From assembly GCA_030390025.1 (NCBI GenBank), contig CM059432.1, forward strand, positions 25,980,001 to 26,044,000: DNA of 64,000 nucleotides. The letters run 5' to 3'. Made by a program: the position numbers and the translations under genes. This DNA comes from Squalus acanthias (Eukaryota). Numbering within the stretch: the stretch's first letter is position 1; every line of letters begins with the position of its first letter. Below the pieces are notes generated by a model that was not told the origin of the DNA, made no database searches, and saw only the letters and a program-made list of their open reading frames with translations. Below are positions 1 to 13,749 of this stretch, piece by piece.

Positions 1-885
1 AACAACCACTTGAAAGTTCCTAAAGTGTCCGACTCCACTATCACAGCAGGCAGTCCATTCCACACCCCAACTACTCTCTGAGTAAAGAATCTACCTCGGA
101 CATCCCTTCTATATCTCCCCCCATGCACCTTATAGTTATGCCCCCTTGTAACAGCTGCCTCGACCCGAGGAAATAGTCTCTGAACATCCACTCTATCTAT
201 CCCCCTCATCATCTTATAAACCTCTATTAAGTCACCTCTCATCCTCCTCCGCTCTAAAGAGAAAAGCCCCAACTCCCTCAATCTTTCCTCATAAGACCTC
301 CCCCCCAAACCAGGCAGCATCCTGGTAAATCTCCTTTGCACTCTTTCCAATGCTTCCACGTCCTTCCTATAGTGAGGTGACCAGAACTGCACACAATATT
401 CCAAATGTGGTCTCACCAAGGTCCTGTACAGTTGCAGCATAACCTCACGGTTCTTAAACTCAAACCCTGTTAATAAACGCCAACACACCATAGGCCTTCT
501 TTACTGCTCTATCCACTTGAGTGGCAACCTTCAGAGATCTGTGGATATGAACCCCCAGATCCCTCTGCTCCTCCACGTTCCTCAGAACCCTGCCGTTGAC
601 CCTGTAATCCTTATTCAAATTTGCCCTACCAAAATGAATCACCTCGCACTTATCAGGGTTAAATTCCATCTGCCATTTTTCGGCCCAGCTCTGCATCCTA
701 TCAATGTCTCTTTGCAGCCTACAACAGCCCTCCACCTCATCCACTACTCCACCAATCTTGGTGTCATCAGCAAATTTACTGATCCACCCTTCAGTCCCCT
801 CCTCCAAGTCATTGATAAAAATCACAAACAGCAGAGGACCCAGCACCGACCCCTGTGGCACACCGCTGGTAACTGGTCTCCAGTC
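1..885 (-). mobile_element. CR1 LINE fragment (RT C-terminal half), runs off the window start
   Basis: ORF 460-861(-) PQGSVLGPLLF..KFADDTK..QMEFNPDKC..DLGV is the CR1 RT core; further CR1 3' coding sequence continues to position 1. Confidence 0.93.
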
Positions 886-889
886 CGAA

Positions 890-1262
890 ACTTTTTAAAC
901 TTTTAAATTCTCATCCATGTGTTCAAATCCTTCCATGGCCTCGCCCTTCCCTATCTTTGTAACCTCCGCCAGCCCTACAAGTCTCCACAAACTCTGCGTT
1001 CCTCCAACTGTGGCCTCTTGTCCACTTATTTCACCCCACCATTGGCCGTGCCTTCAACTGTCTGGGTCCTAAGCTTTGGAATTCCCTCCCAAAACCTTTC
1101 TGCCTGCTACCATTCTTTAAGACCCTCTCAAAACCTACTTCTTCTCCTGTCCTAATGTTTCCCTCTTTGGCTCAATGTCAACTTTTGTTTGATTACCCGT
1201 GAAGTGCCTTGGGACATTTTACTATGTTAAAGGCTCCATATAAATGCAAGTTGTTGTTGTTG
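890..1262 (+). mobile_element. L2-clade LINE 3' fragment
   Basis: FKSFHGLALPYL motif; ends in tail gggacattttactatgttaaagg..atataaatgcaagttgttgttg, shared with 11695-12175 and 38760-39192. Confidence 0.8.
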
Positions 1263-2009
1263 AAGCTGTTGATGAAGCTGTTTCTGGAGAGAGATTGGAT
1301 TGTGGGATATAATGAGCAAGACGGCAGACTGAATGGCATTTTCCAATTCCTAAGAATTCTTATTTTTGTTCTTTCTGTGGTATCTTAATGGGACGTCAAC
1401 TTTCCATTGGAAGTTGTGCCTATGCTAGTTGTAGCATTATTCCCTACTGAAGCGACAGTGTCCCTTTAAAGAATGGTAACAGGCCTGATTCAATAGCACA
1501 GAGATAAAAAATCTTTAAACCAACTGAAGTCCACAAACCTTTCTTGTCCTCTCAACATAAAGCACATTTTTCATCATTCAAACTTTTCAGCTTTCCTACC
1601 TCTGCAGCTACATCAACCTCACAGCCAACTGGCCAGCAATGATTAATCGAGGAGCGTACATGGAATAAAACCTGCCCCAGTGCAGGCTTTCAATTCCACC
1701 ATCTGACCTAGTAATAGCTCACAGCTATTGAAAAAATTATGAGTCCCAGGCGCCTGGTTTCAGACTGAAAACCTGGATGACAACTGCTCAGAAGTCCTGG
1801 CGGCGGAACGAATGTGTTGAATTAGTGCTTGGTTGTTCTTCACATACATCATCATCCACTGCACCTTTCAAAAACAAATAACATTGTTTTAAGGCAGTCG
1901 GACACAGTTATACGCATCATTTTTCTATTTAGGAGCCCAAAAAGCAGGTTCTATACTGGTTGAGAGGCAGCGTCAAAGTTTACACTGTCCTGCATTAAAC
2001 ACTCTGACA

Positions 2010-2355
2010 GCTCCCTTGATGACCCAGTTGGTAAATGCGTTGCCTAACATAGAACTGAGCTACATAGGCCAGAAAAGTCACTGGTTTGATCCCCAGTTTG
2101 TGCTGGGTTGGCCGATTTCAGCTAAGACTGCGTCAATTGGAAAAATAACCTGCCCAGTCTTCATTGCTATCTAAAGAGCTCTACTGGAGAGTATGAGTGT
2201 GCGTGTGCGTGTGTGTGTTTGAGTGTGTCTATGTGTGTGTGTGCGAGTGTTTTGGATGAGGACCAGGCTCAGCTGTGGCACTTCCTGAGGTCAAATAACC
2301 TATTTGCTAGATTCACATATAAAGAATGGCCACTTGGTCAAGGTACTGGAGGGCA
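2010..2355 (+). mobile_element. old tRNA-derived SINE (family unnamed) with internal (GT)n tract
   Basis: Box A/B-like head and body ending aagaatggccacttgg..aggtactggagggc; homologous segments at 12315-13260(-), 41805-42150(+) and 55975-56252(-). Confidence 0.55.
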
Positions 2356-3019
2356 TTTGTTGCTGACGATGAGACAGTGCTTTCAGCAGAAGAGAGAGAC
2401 AATGAAAAAATATAGGCCATAAAAGTAAATGAAGAAATCACAACAAAGAGAATCACATTAAACAGATAATCCTGGAGCTGCCATTTCAGTGGGGAGGAAG
2501 CCTTAACCAGTAAATCATTCATAATTTTCAGTATCTTCATGATTTGAAAGCAGTGTTGTTAGAAGATAATTGAAATTCCCATGGGAGGTGACCACATTAA
2601 TACAGATTGATTTTACCAGTGTGTAGTTTCAGTACCATACAGTACAGTATCATCTAGTGAAAATCTCCATTGCTCATTGAGATTGTTTTATCAGTCTACC
2701 ATCAGCTGCTACTTTAACCCCTATGCCTCTACCCTCTGTAACTTCCTCCCAATTTCTTCTGCCTTACCACCTCCTGCCATACTTTTAAAAGCCTCCTAAA
2801 AACCCTTCACTTTGACCATGCTTTCAACCCTCTCCCCACCCTAACTTTTCTTCTGTTTGCCCCTTTTCTCTCCCGCTTAGTGTTCACTTTCCCACCACCT
2901 TGCAAGAGTCTGAGACTTCTTGCTGTACTCGGGGAGCGCTAAAGAAAGATCAGCGGCAGTTGCAGCCCTCTAAGCTATTCTTAGACATTGTTCCCTGTGA
3001 AATGCTGTACTAACATAAT

Positions 3020-3429
3020 CATTTTTTTTAAAATTAATTTATTGGATATGGGCGTCGCTGGCAAGGCCAGCATTTATTGCCCATCCCTAATTGCCCTTGA
3101 GAAGGTGGTGGTGAGCCACATTCTTGAACCGCTGCAGTCCGTGTGGTGAAGGTACTCCCAGGATTTTGACCCAGCGACGATGAAGGATCAGCGATATATA
3201 TCTAAGTCAGCATGGTGTGTGACTTGGAGGGGAAATTGGAGCTGATGGTGTTCCCATGCGCCTGCTGCCATTGTCATTCTAGGTGGAAGAGGTCGCGGGT
3301 TTGGGAGGTGCTGCCGAAGAAGCCTTGACGAGTTGCTGCAGTGCATCTTGTAGATGGTACACACTGCAGCCACGGTACGCCGGAGGTGGAGGGAGTGAAT
3401 GTTTAAGTGGTAGATGGGGTGCCAATCAA
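3020..3429 (-). mobile_element. CR1-like LINE 3' end (second family), interrupted; resumes near 6626-6700
   Basis: LNIHSLHLRRTVAAVCTIYKMH motif and 3' tail gccagcgacgcccatatcc; same family as 19150-20010. Confidence 0.75.
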
Positions 3430-4191
3430 TTATTATCTGAACGGCAATAGATTGGGAAAAGGGGAAGTGCAACGAAATCTGGGAGTCCTTGTGCACCAGT
3501 CGCTGAAGGTAAGCATGCAGGTGCAGCAGGCGGTTAAGAAGGCAAATGGTATGTTGGCCTTCATAGCGAGAGGATTCGAGTACAGGAGCAAGGATGTCTT
3601 GCTGCAGTTGTACAAGGCCTTGGTGAGACCACACCTTGAGTATTGTGTGCAGTTTTGGTCACCTTATCTGAGGAAGGATGTTCTTGCCATGGAAGGAGTG
3701 CAGCGAAGATTTATCAGACTGATACGTGGGATGGCAGGAATGACGTATGAGGAGAGATTGGGTTGATTAGGCTTACATTCGCTAGAGTTTAGAAGAATGA
3801 GAGAGGATCTCATTGAAATTTATAAAATTCTAACAGGACTAGACAGACTAGATGCAGGAAGGATGTTCCCGATGGCGGGGGAGTACAGAACCAGATGTCA
3901 CAGTCTAAGGATAAGGGGTAAGCCACTTAGGACTGAGATGAGGAGGAATTTCTTCACCCAGAGAGTGGTGAACCTGTGGAATTCACTACCACAGAAGCCA
4001 GTTGAGGCCAATTCATTAAATATATTCAAGAAGGAGTTAGATATATTTCTTAAGGCTAAAGGGATCAAGGGATATGGGGAGAAAGCAGGGATAGGGTACT
4101 GAATTTGGATGATCCGCCATGATCTCATTAAATGGCAGAGCAGGCTCGAGGGGCTGAATGGCCTACTCCTGCTCCTATATTCTATGCTTCT
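3430..4191 (+). mobile_element. CR1 LINE 3' terminal fragment with tail
   Basis: ORFs 3407-3766 and 3797-4102 ([27 protein letters not shown]); tail cctactcctgctcctatattctatgcttctat. Confidence 0.93.
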
Positions 4192-6625
4192 ATACCATTT
4201 GCCTTCTTAACCGCCTGCTGCACCTGCATGCTTACCTTCAACGACTAGTGCACAAGGACTCCCAGGTCTCGTTGCACTTCCCCTTTTCCCAATCTATTGC
4301 CGTTCAGATAATAATCTGCCTTCCTGTTTTTGCCACCAAAGTGGATAACCTCGCATTTATCCACATTATGCTGCATCTGCCATGCATCTGCCCAATCACC
4401 CAACTTGTCCAAATCATACTGGAGTTTCTCTGTATCCTCCTCACAACACACACGCCCACCCAGCTTTGTGTCGTCTGCAAACTGAGAGATATTACATCTA
4501 GTTCCCTCGTCTAGATAATTAATATATATTGTGAATAACTGGGGTCCGAGCACCAATCCCTGCGGTACCTCACTAGTCACTGCCTGCCACTCAGAAAAAG
4601 ACCCGTTTATTCCAACTCTTTGCTTCCTGTCTGCCAACCAGTTCTCTATCCAAGTCAGTACCTTACCCCCAATCCCATGTACTTTAACTTTGCACGCTAA
4701 TCTCTTATGCGGGACCTTATTGAAAGACTTCTGAAAGTCCAAATACACCACATCCACTGGTTCTCCCTTATCTATTCTACCAGTTACATCCTCAAAAAAT
4801 TCTAGTAGATTAGTCAAGCATGATTTACCTTTTGTAAATCCATGTTGACTTTGTCCAATCCTGTCACTGTTTTCCAAGTGCTTTGCTATTACATCTTTTA
4901 TAATGGACTCTAGCATTTTCCCCACTACCGATGTCAGGCTTACCGGTCTATAATTCCCCGTTTTACCTCTCCCACCTTTTTTAAATAGTGGGGTTACATT
5001 AGCTACTCTCCAATCCATGGGAACTGTTCCACAGTCTATAGAATTTTGGAAGATGACCAGCAATGCATCTACTATTTCTAGGGCCACTTCCTTAAGTACC
5101 CTAGGATGTAGATTATCAGGCCCGAGGGATTTATCGGCCTTCAATCCCGTCAATTTCCCTAACACCATTTCCCTACAAATACTGATTTCATTCAGTTCTT
5201 CCCTCTCATTAGATCCTATGTTCCCCGACATCTCTGGGAGGTTATTTGTGTCCTCCTTTGTGAAGACAGAACCAAAGTATGTATTCAAGTGGTCTGCCAT
5301 TTCTTTGTTCCCCATTATAAATTCCCCTGATTCTGACTGCAAGGGACCTACGCTTGACTTCACCAATTCTTTTTCTCTTCACATATCTATAGAAGCTTTT
5401 ACAGTCAGTTTTTATGTTCTCTTCAAGCTTACTCTCATATTCTATTTTCCCCCTCTTAATTAATCCCTTTGTCCTCCTTTGCTGAATCCTAAACTGCTCC
5501 CAATCCTCAGGTTTGCTGCTTTTTCCGGCCAATTTATATGTCCTTTCCTTGGATCTTATGCTATCCCTAATTTCCCTTGTTAGCCACCGTTGAGTCACCT
5601 TTTTTGTTTTATTTTTATGCCAAACAGAGATGAACAAATTCTGTAGTTCATCCATGCAATCTTTAAATGTTTGCCATTGCCTATCCACCGTCAACCCTTT
5701 AAGTAACATTCCTCCAATCCATCCTAGCCAATTCGCGCCTCATACCATCGTAGTTTCCTTTATTTAAATTCAGGACCCTAGTCTCTGAGTCAACTACTTC
5801 ACTCTCCATCTTAATGAAGAATTCTATCATATTATGATTGCTCCTCCCCAAGGGGCCTCGCACAACAAGATTGCTAATTAATCCTTTCTCATTACATAAT
5901 ACCCAGTCTAAGATGGCCTGATCTCTAGTTGGTTCCTCGACATATTGGTCCAGGAAACCATCCCGTATACACTCTAGGAATTCCTCCTCCACAGTATTGT
6001 TACTAATTTGGTTAGCCCAATCTATATGTAGATTAAAGATAACTGCCGTGCCCTTATTGCACGCATCCCTAATTTCCCTTTTAATGCCATCCCCAACCTC
6101 AGCATTACTGTTTGGGCGTCTGTATACAACTCCCACTAACGTTTTCTGCCCCTTGGTATTTCTCAGCTCTACCCATACAGATTCCACATCATCAGAGCTA
6201 ATATTCTTCCTTACTATTGTGTTAATCTCCTCTTTAACCAGCAATGCTACCCCACCTCCTTTTCCTTTTTGCCTGTCTTTCCTGAATATTGAATACCCCT
6301 GGATGTTGAATTCCCAACCTTGGTCACCTTGGAGCCATGTCTCCGTAATCCCAATTATATCATATCTGTTTACATCTATTTGCGCAGCTAATTCATCCAC
6401 CTTATTATGAATGCTCCTCGCATTAAGACACAAAGCCTTCAGGCTTGTTTTTTTAACACTCTTAGACCTTTTAGAATTATTATTTACTGTAGCCATGTTT
6501 GATTTACACCCTTGATTTCTCTGACTGCCACTTTTGCTTTTCTCCTTCCTGTCTTTTGCTTCTATCCTTGCTTCCCTTTCCTCTGTCTCCCTGCACAGGT
6601 TCTCAACCCCCTGCCATTTTAGTTT
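4192..6625 (-). mobile_element. CR1 ORF2 (APE endonuclease + RT), frameshifted, 3'-truncated
   Basis: CLNARSI..GITETWL..GGGVALL endonuclease motifs; NYRPVSLTS, QHGF, YLDFQK, PQG and FADD RT motifs. Confidence 0.95.
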
Positions 6626-9123
6626 AATGTTGAATGTCAAGGGGCAGTGGTTAGACTCTCGCTTGTTGGAGAGAGTCATTGCCTGGCACTTGTGTAAATG
6701 TAAATACTTACATTTATACAGCATCTTATCACGTCCCTCAGGTTCACTAGTGTTGGTCACTCCTGTGATTAGGAGCTTGCCAATAATGCCCAATGTCTAA
6801 TTATATAATAGCATAATCTCCGTGGTATAACAATGGACCCGCTGTGCTCTGAGCTGGATATCGGGGGTAATTTTCACCTTACTGCTTGGGCAGAGCGGAT
6901 TGACTGACCATTATAGAACCCACCCAATATTCATTTCTATTTAAGTCCGGCTGTATATTCAAGATGGATAAATTTTCCCTCACTAGGCTGGGCTCACTCT
7001 CCTCACCTAACCAAACTGAATGACGTGCATGTGCTCCTTTTTCCCTTTTTCTCCCACAGGAAGTGGGAGAGTGTCCTTTTGACTACTTCCTCATTCAGAG
7101 ATCCATCAATAAAACCAGCAACTATAAACCCCCCACCCCCTTTGGTGTGTGTGTCCATAGAGACCATCTCCTGTTACTCTCAAAATTAATGGTACCATCT
7201 TGTCTAATGAGTCTAGACGAATCAATTGCCTCTGCTTGTCTACATTTGAAGTGGTCTGTGAGCAGAAACAATTCATTAAAGTGGTCTGTCTAGCTTTAAC
7301 ATATATCTTTAATACCTGGCTTATTAACTAATAAGCTCCTCTCTGTCTAAGTGGCTGGAGCATACAGTTGTAAAGATAATATTAAACCTACATGAATCCA
7401 TTTTGATTTAAAACACACCACTTAAATGTAACTTATTTCCAATCCTTTCTGTGGAACAATAGCCAGAAATAGGACCCCAATGACCAAGAAGTCAGAAGCC
7501 TGCTGCGACCGCCCCGGCAGCAAGAACCTAGTTAGACCAGCGAAGAGGCCCTGTAGGCAGGAGAGGTCCTCCAGACCTCGCAGGGGAAGAGCAAGCCTGC
7601 CGTGTCCAGACACCACCACCCTTGGCAAACTACTGACTGCCCTGGAAGCCCCCCCACCCCCACCCCCGCCGTCGTCCCTGCACTTACCAGTTTAGTCGGG
7701 AGGTCAGCTAGCAGCAGTTTAATGAGGCCCGGTCGTTAAAATCAGCTGGGCCTCCCACTGCCACTCCCAGATGGGCTGGCTGCTCACAAGACCGCTTTCC
7801 CGCCTGGGAGTGAAAATTCCCACACGTGTCAGGTTTGAAGCCCCGATTAATCGCGGCATGTAAGGTTGCATAAATGAAAGAGAACTGTGTCACAAACCAA
7901 ATCAGTTCAGTAATAGTCATGAACAACAACAAACATTTCAACTACGCTTCTCACATGCAGGAAGACTCCTCAGAACACTTTAATGGGCAGAGGAAAATAG
8001 TTGGCAGGGCAGAAAGGAAAAGAGAGAACCGAGAGGAGTGAGAGGGTTGTTTGAAGGGAAAGTCTTTATAAGGAGGCTTTTGAAAACAGACAGGGTAGAG
8101 GGAGTTTCAGAGAGCAAGGTGTAATGGATAAAATAGAAACCGCTGGAGGAACTGGCAGAAGAAGCAGGGAACAAGTAAACTGTGTTGCAGAAGCAGAGGG
8201 TGTCTGTGGGGACGTACAGCAGGAGATCACTTGAGGTTGGATGGGGCAAGATCACTGCGGTTGGGTGGGGTGAGGCCATGGAGGGAATTGAAAGTGAGGA
8301 CAAGGATCTTAAAATCAATTTGTTGAGGCACGGGGAGCTAATGAAGTTTGGCAAAGGCCGGGGAGAGATTGATGAGACTGTGGGATATTGTGCAGGTGAG
8401 GATGCAACTGCAGCAGAGTTTTGAATTCATTGATTTCAATTTGTTAACGAGTGGAGGACAGAGGGGCGAGCATTAGAGAGGTTGCAGCTGAAGATGATGA
8501 AGAACAATTCTCTCAGGCCAATCGGTAGCATTTTACAAATGATACAACCATGTCATTGCTCATCCCACATGAACAATGGCCACTTGGGTGAGGTACCACC
8601 AGTTACGGGCACCCGTGGAGCTGCAACCCAGAAGAGAGTTAATGGCTTCTTCATTGATCATCCTGTTGGATCATTGGGCCCCAAAAATCAACCAACCTGC
8701 TCGGCTGCCATAACGATAGTGGAGCAGGGCGTCCCCTGCATTGGGAAATTACATGACTCACACTATCAGAATTCTGGAGGCAGGCAATTTAAACAAAGTG
8801 TACAGGAGCCTGCATCAGCATTTGTGCAATTAGGGCATATGCTAGGTTGGGAGGGTGAGTTGAAGTAAGCCCCAGCATTGCCCAGCTGCTGGAGCCCAGT
8901 GCCACCATGTCTGGCTATAGATGAATGCAGACATCAGGAACTGACCCTTTTCCAGGAAGGCCGGTTTCCTCGCAGCAGCCAATCAAAGAAGTATTTCTTT
9001 TCAAAGAGAGTCATTGACCTCGAAAATAGATTACTCAAACACGCAGCAAATATTGATTCACTACAATCCTTCAATTGGGAACTGGACGAATGCCCGACAC
9101 CTCAAGTTATAGCAGCAGTGTAA

Positions 9124-11510
9124 TGTGTCGAGGAACCAACTAGAGTTCAGGTTATCTTAGACTGGGTATTATGTAATGAGAAAGGATTAATTAGCAATCT
9201 TGTTGTGCGAGGCCCCTTGGGGAGGAGCGATCATAATATGATAGAATTCTTCATTAAGATGGAGAGTGAAGTAGTTGACTCAGAGACTAGGGTCCTGAAT
9301 TTAAATAAAGGAAACTACGATGGTATGAGGTGCGAGTTGGCTAGGATGGATTGGGGAGCATTACTTAAAGGGTTGATGGTGGATAGGCAATGGCAAACAT
9401 TTAAAGATTGCATGGATGAACTACAGAATTTATTCATCTCTGTTTGTCATGAAAATAAAACAAAAAAGGTGACTCAACTGTGGCTAACAAGGGAAATTAG
9501 GGATAGCATAAGATCCAAGGAGAGGGCATATAAATTGGCCAGAAAAAGCAGCAAACCTGAGGATTGGGAGCAGTTTAGGATTCAGCAAAGGAGGACAAAG
9601 GGATTAATTAAGAGGGGGAAAATAGAATATGAGAGTAAGCTTGAAGGGAACATAAAAACTGACTGTAAAAGCTTCTATAGATATGTGAAGAGAAAAAGAT
9701 TGGTGAAGTCAAGCGTAGGTCCCTTGCAGTCAGAATCAGGGGAATTTAAAATGGGGAACAAAGAAATGGCTGACCACTTGAATACATACTTTGGTTCTGT
9801 CTTCACAAAGGAGGACACAAATAAACTCCCAGAGATGTTGGGGAACATAGGGTCTAATGAGAGGGAGGAATTGAATGAAATCAGTATTTGTAGGGAAATG
9901 GTATTAGGGAAATTGACGGGATTGAAGGCCGATAAATCCCCAGGGCCTGATAATCTACATCCTAGGGTACTTAAGGAAGTGGCCCTAGAAATAGTAGATG
10001 CATTGCTGGTCATCTTTCAAAATTCTATAGACTGTGGAACAGTTCCCATGGATTGGAGAGTAGCTAATGTAACCCCACTATTTAAAAAAGGTGGGAGAGA
10101 AAAAACGGGGAATTATAAGCCTGACATCGGTAGTGGGGAAAATGCTAGAGTCCATTATAAAAGATGTAATAGCAGAGCACTTGGAAAACAGTGACAGGAT
10201 CGGACAAAGTCAACATGGATTTACAAAAGGTAAATCATGCCTGACTAATTTACTGGAATTTTTTGAGAATGTAACTGATAGAATAGATAAGGGAGAACCA
10301 GTGGATGTGGTGTATTTGGACTTTCAGAAGGCTTTCGATAAGGTCCCGCATAAGAGATTAACGTGCAAAGTTAAAGCACATGGGATTGGGGGTAAGGTAC
10401 TGCTTTGAATAGAGAACTGGTTGGCAGACAGGAAGCAAAGAGTTGGAATAAACGGGTCTTTTTCCGAGTGGCAGGCAGTGACTAGTAGGGTACTGCAGGG
10501 ATCGGTGCTAGGACCCCAGCTATTCACAATATATATTAATGATCTAGTTCCCTCGTCTAGATGTAATATCTCTAAGTTTGCAGACAACACAAAGCTGGGT
10601 GGGCGTGTGTGCTGTGAGGAGGATGCAGAGAAACTCCAGTATGATTTGGACAGGTTGGGTGATTGGGCAGATGCATGGCAGATGCAGTATAATGTGGATA
10701 AAAGCGAGGTTATCCACTTTGGTGGCAAAAACAGGAAGACAGATTATTATCTGAATGGCAATAGAATGGGAAAAGGGGAAGTGCAACGAAATCTGGGAGT
10801 CCTTGTGCACCAGTCGCTGAAGGTAAGCATGCAGGTGCAGCAGGCGGTTAAAAAGGCAAATGGTATGCTGGCCTTCATAGCGAGAGGATTCGAGTACAGG
10901 AGCAAGGATGTCTTGCTGCAGTTGTACAAGGCCTTGGTGAGACCACACCTTGAGTATTGTGTACAGTTTTGGTCGCCTTATCTGAGGAAAGATGTTCTTG
11001 CCATGGAGAGAGTGCAGCGAAGATTTACCAGACTGATACCTGGGATGGCAGGAATGATGTATGAAGAGAGATTGGGTCGATTAGGCTTATATCCGCTAGA
11101 GTTTAGAAGAATGAGAGGGGATCTCATTGAAACTTATAAAATTCTAACAGGACTAGACAGACTAGATGCAGGAAGGATGTTCCCGATGGCGGGGGAGTCC
11201 AGAACCAGAGGTCACAGTCTATGGATAAGGGGTGAGCCATTTAGGACTGAGATGAGGAGGAATTTCTTCACCCAGAGAGTGGTGAACCTGTGGAATTCTT
11301 TACCACAGAAGGCAGTTGAGGCCAATTCATTAAATATATTCAAGAAGACGATAGATATATTTCTTAAGGCTAAAGGGATCAAGGGATATGGGGAGAAGGC
11401 AGGGACAGGGTACTGAATTTGGATGATCAGCCATGATCTCATTGAATGGCGCAGCAGACTCGAGGGGCCGAATGGCCTACTCCTGCTCCTATCTTCTATG
11501 CTTCTATGTA
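9124..11510 (+). mobile_element. CR1 LINE, 5'-truncated, same subfamily as 3430-6625
   Basis: ORFs 9205-10194, 10091-10408 and 10421-11416 cover the ORF2 linker, RT and C-terminus; intact 3' tail. Confidence 0.95.
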
Positions 11511-11694
11511 ATGGCCGTCTCACAACCTGTATTGATATGAGTTACATTGGGCAGGTAACGATGCGGCTGCATCTCTTGGAAGTGGAGAAGCATATCTGAG
11601 ATTGTACATCAATTTTCTGAAGTTTGTTTGGTTTCTCCCAAGAGATTGTATGACTGGGGACGAAGTGGGTTGATGGTGCATAAAGGCTGCAACA

Positions 11695-12175
11695 CAACAA
11701 CAACAACAACTTGTATTTATATAGCGCCTTTAATGTAGTAAAACGTCCCAAGACGCTGCACAGGAGTATTATAGACAAAAAATTTGACACTGAGCCACAT
11801 AAGGAGAAATTAGGGCAGGAAAGAGGTAGGTGTTAAGGAGCATCTTAAAGGAGGAAAGCGAGGTAGCGAGGCAGAGAGGCTTAGGTGGGAAATTCCAGAG
11901 CTTAGGGCCTAGGCAACAGAAAGCACAGCCACCAATGGTTGAGCGATTATAATCAGGGATGCTCAAGAGGGCAGAATTAGAGGAGCGCAGGTATCTCGGG
12001 GGTGAGGGGTGAGGGGGTTGTGGGGCTGAAGGAGATTACAGAGATAGGGAGGGGTGAGGCCATGGAGGGATTTGAAAACAAGGATGAGAATTTTGAAATC
12101 GAGGCGCTGCTTAACCGGGAGCCAATGTAGGTTAGCGAGCACAGGGGTGATGGGCGAACGGGACTTGATGGGACA
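11695..12175 (-). mobile_element. L2-clade LINE 3' fragment
   Basis: ITPVLANLHWLPVKQRLDFKILILVFKSLHGLTPPYL; (caa)n-type tail near 11695. Confidence 0.88.
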
Positions 12176-12428
12176 GGCTGGAATGGACCAATTGTTTTTT
12201 TCCTGCTCTTTTTTGTACATTTGTATGAAATAGGACAGGCAGCTATGTTTTTTTTATCCCCCTCTCCTTCTCTCTTGAACCACTGACTCTTTTCTGGGTT
12301 ACAGCTCCACAGATGCCATTGCCTTGTGGTGTGTCACCCAAGTGGCCACTTATCATGTGTGAGTGTTAGTAACCTATCCAACTGTCCGTCATCATAGCTG
12401 AGCTTGATCTCATCTGTCTTCACACACT

Positions 12429-13071
12429 AGGGCCAATTTTTATCTCACTACCTGTAGTGACACGAATGTCGGGTAACAAAAAAAAATCTGCCAACTTACT
12501 GCTGCTGTTCCGATTTTCAGGTAGACCTCAATTTAGGCGCCAGTGCTCTGCCAGAAACAGGTGGAGGCCTAATTAAAATATTCAAACAGGGATCAACTGA
12601 TTTTTCTAGACCTCAGCACCATTTTCATGCCAATCTGCGCTGCCTCTGCAATTCCCTCACCCCGCCCACAAACCATGGGTGGTACAGGTTGGGAGATGGC
12701 CATAAGAGCACTATTTCAACGGATCCTTAGCTGTAGTAAGCGAAACTCATTTTTTCTTCAGTCTCTTGATAGTTTTAAGCCTTAAAGGTTTCCATAAGTT
12801 GATCTCCTTGCTGCTTATAAAATTTCCCTGCCACAAAATCTGCTGTTCCGTTTAACTGCTCTTGCTGTTCGCCCTACCCTTTAAGATGAGAGTTTTCCCA
12901 GACAGATCTCCTGCCCTCCCAAACAACTACCTGCCTAATAAGTGGTGCAATTAGCACTGGCAGCTTTAAGTGAATCCCGACCATCAAATCAATTGGGCCT
13001 CCCGCCAACATCATCCAGTGGGTATATCAGATGCCCCAACCAGATCTGTGCTCCACACCGAAATCGACCCC
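12429..13071. mobile_element. non-autonomous Harbinger-type MITE inserted in an old SINE
   Basis: Ends agggccaattt / aaatcgacccc form an imperfect TIR flanked by ACT/ACT; SINE sequence continues on both sides. Confidence 0.6.
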
Positions 13072-13749
13072 ACTTACTTTTGCAATAGGTCACTGGATAG
13101 CGATCAGAACTAGGAACCTTGATTGAACTTTCTCCTCCCTCAGCCAGCAGTACTGAAGCCAATTGTGGCACATGTATCACCAGCTAACTCAGCACTGATC
13201 CAATTCTATTACAGCTTTGATACTCACTGAATAAACGCGCTGAGCCACCAGGAGAGCCTCAACTGGTCTGTTTCAATTAAATATTGATGCAGCCATAGCC
13301 GTATCTGCCTCATTTGTTAATGTTCCTGAATTCCATGAAAACCCTATCACTAAATTTATTTTCCCCGATGGGTGAGGTAATCTCCATACTTGGAACATGT
13401 TACCAGTTCTCGCATTAGAGACAGATGGTGCCAAGTTAGATCCTGGTTACTAACTAGTCCATAATTTTTGGCAATCAGGCATTCACTTTCATGTTGGACT
13501 TGTGTGCCTCTAACTGCCCTTTTACTATCACTTTTACTGTCCATTTAATATTGCTCATTAGCGCAAAATACCTCAAAATGTACATAAGTCAATACTGACA
13601 TTCCTAACATATTTATTTACAAACCTTAAAAATGTTCCTCTTAATTCAGAAAACAACTTGGGGAGGGGGGGAAGGGGGGAGAGGAGAAGATTTGCTTTGG
13701 GTGCAATGTCACAAAACCCATTCTTTATAATTGGAAACCTGCTCATACC

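Noticed and set aside
517..6410. Long antisense ORFs over CR1 copies (e.g. 517-906, 5017-5463, 5997-6410)
   Set aside because: Shadow frames on the opposite strand of LINE ORF2.
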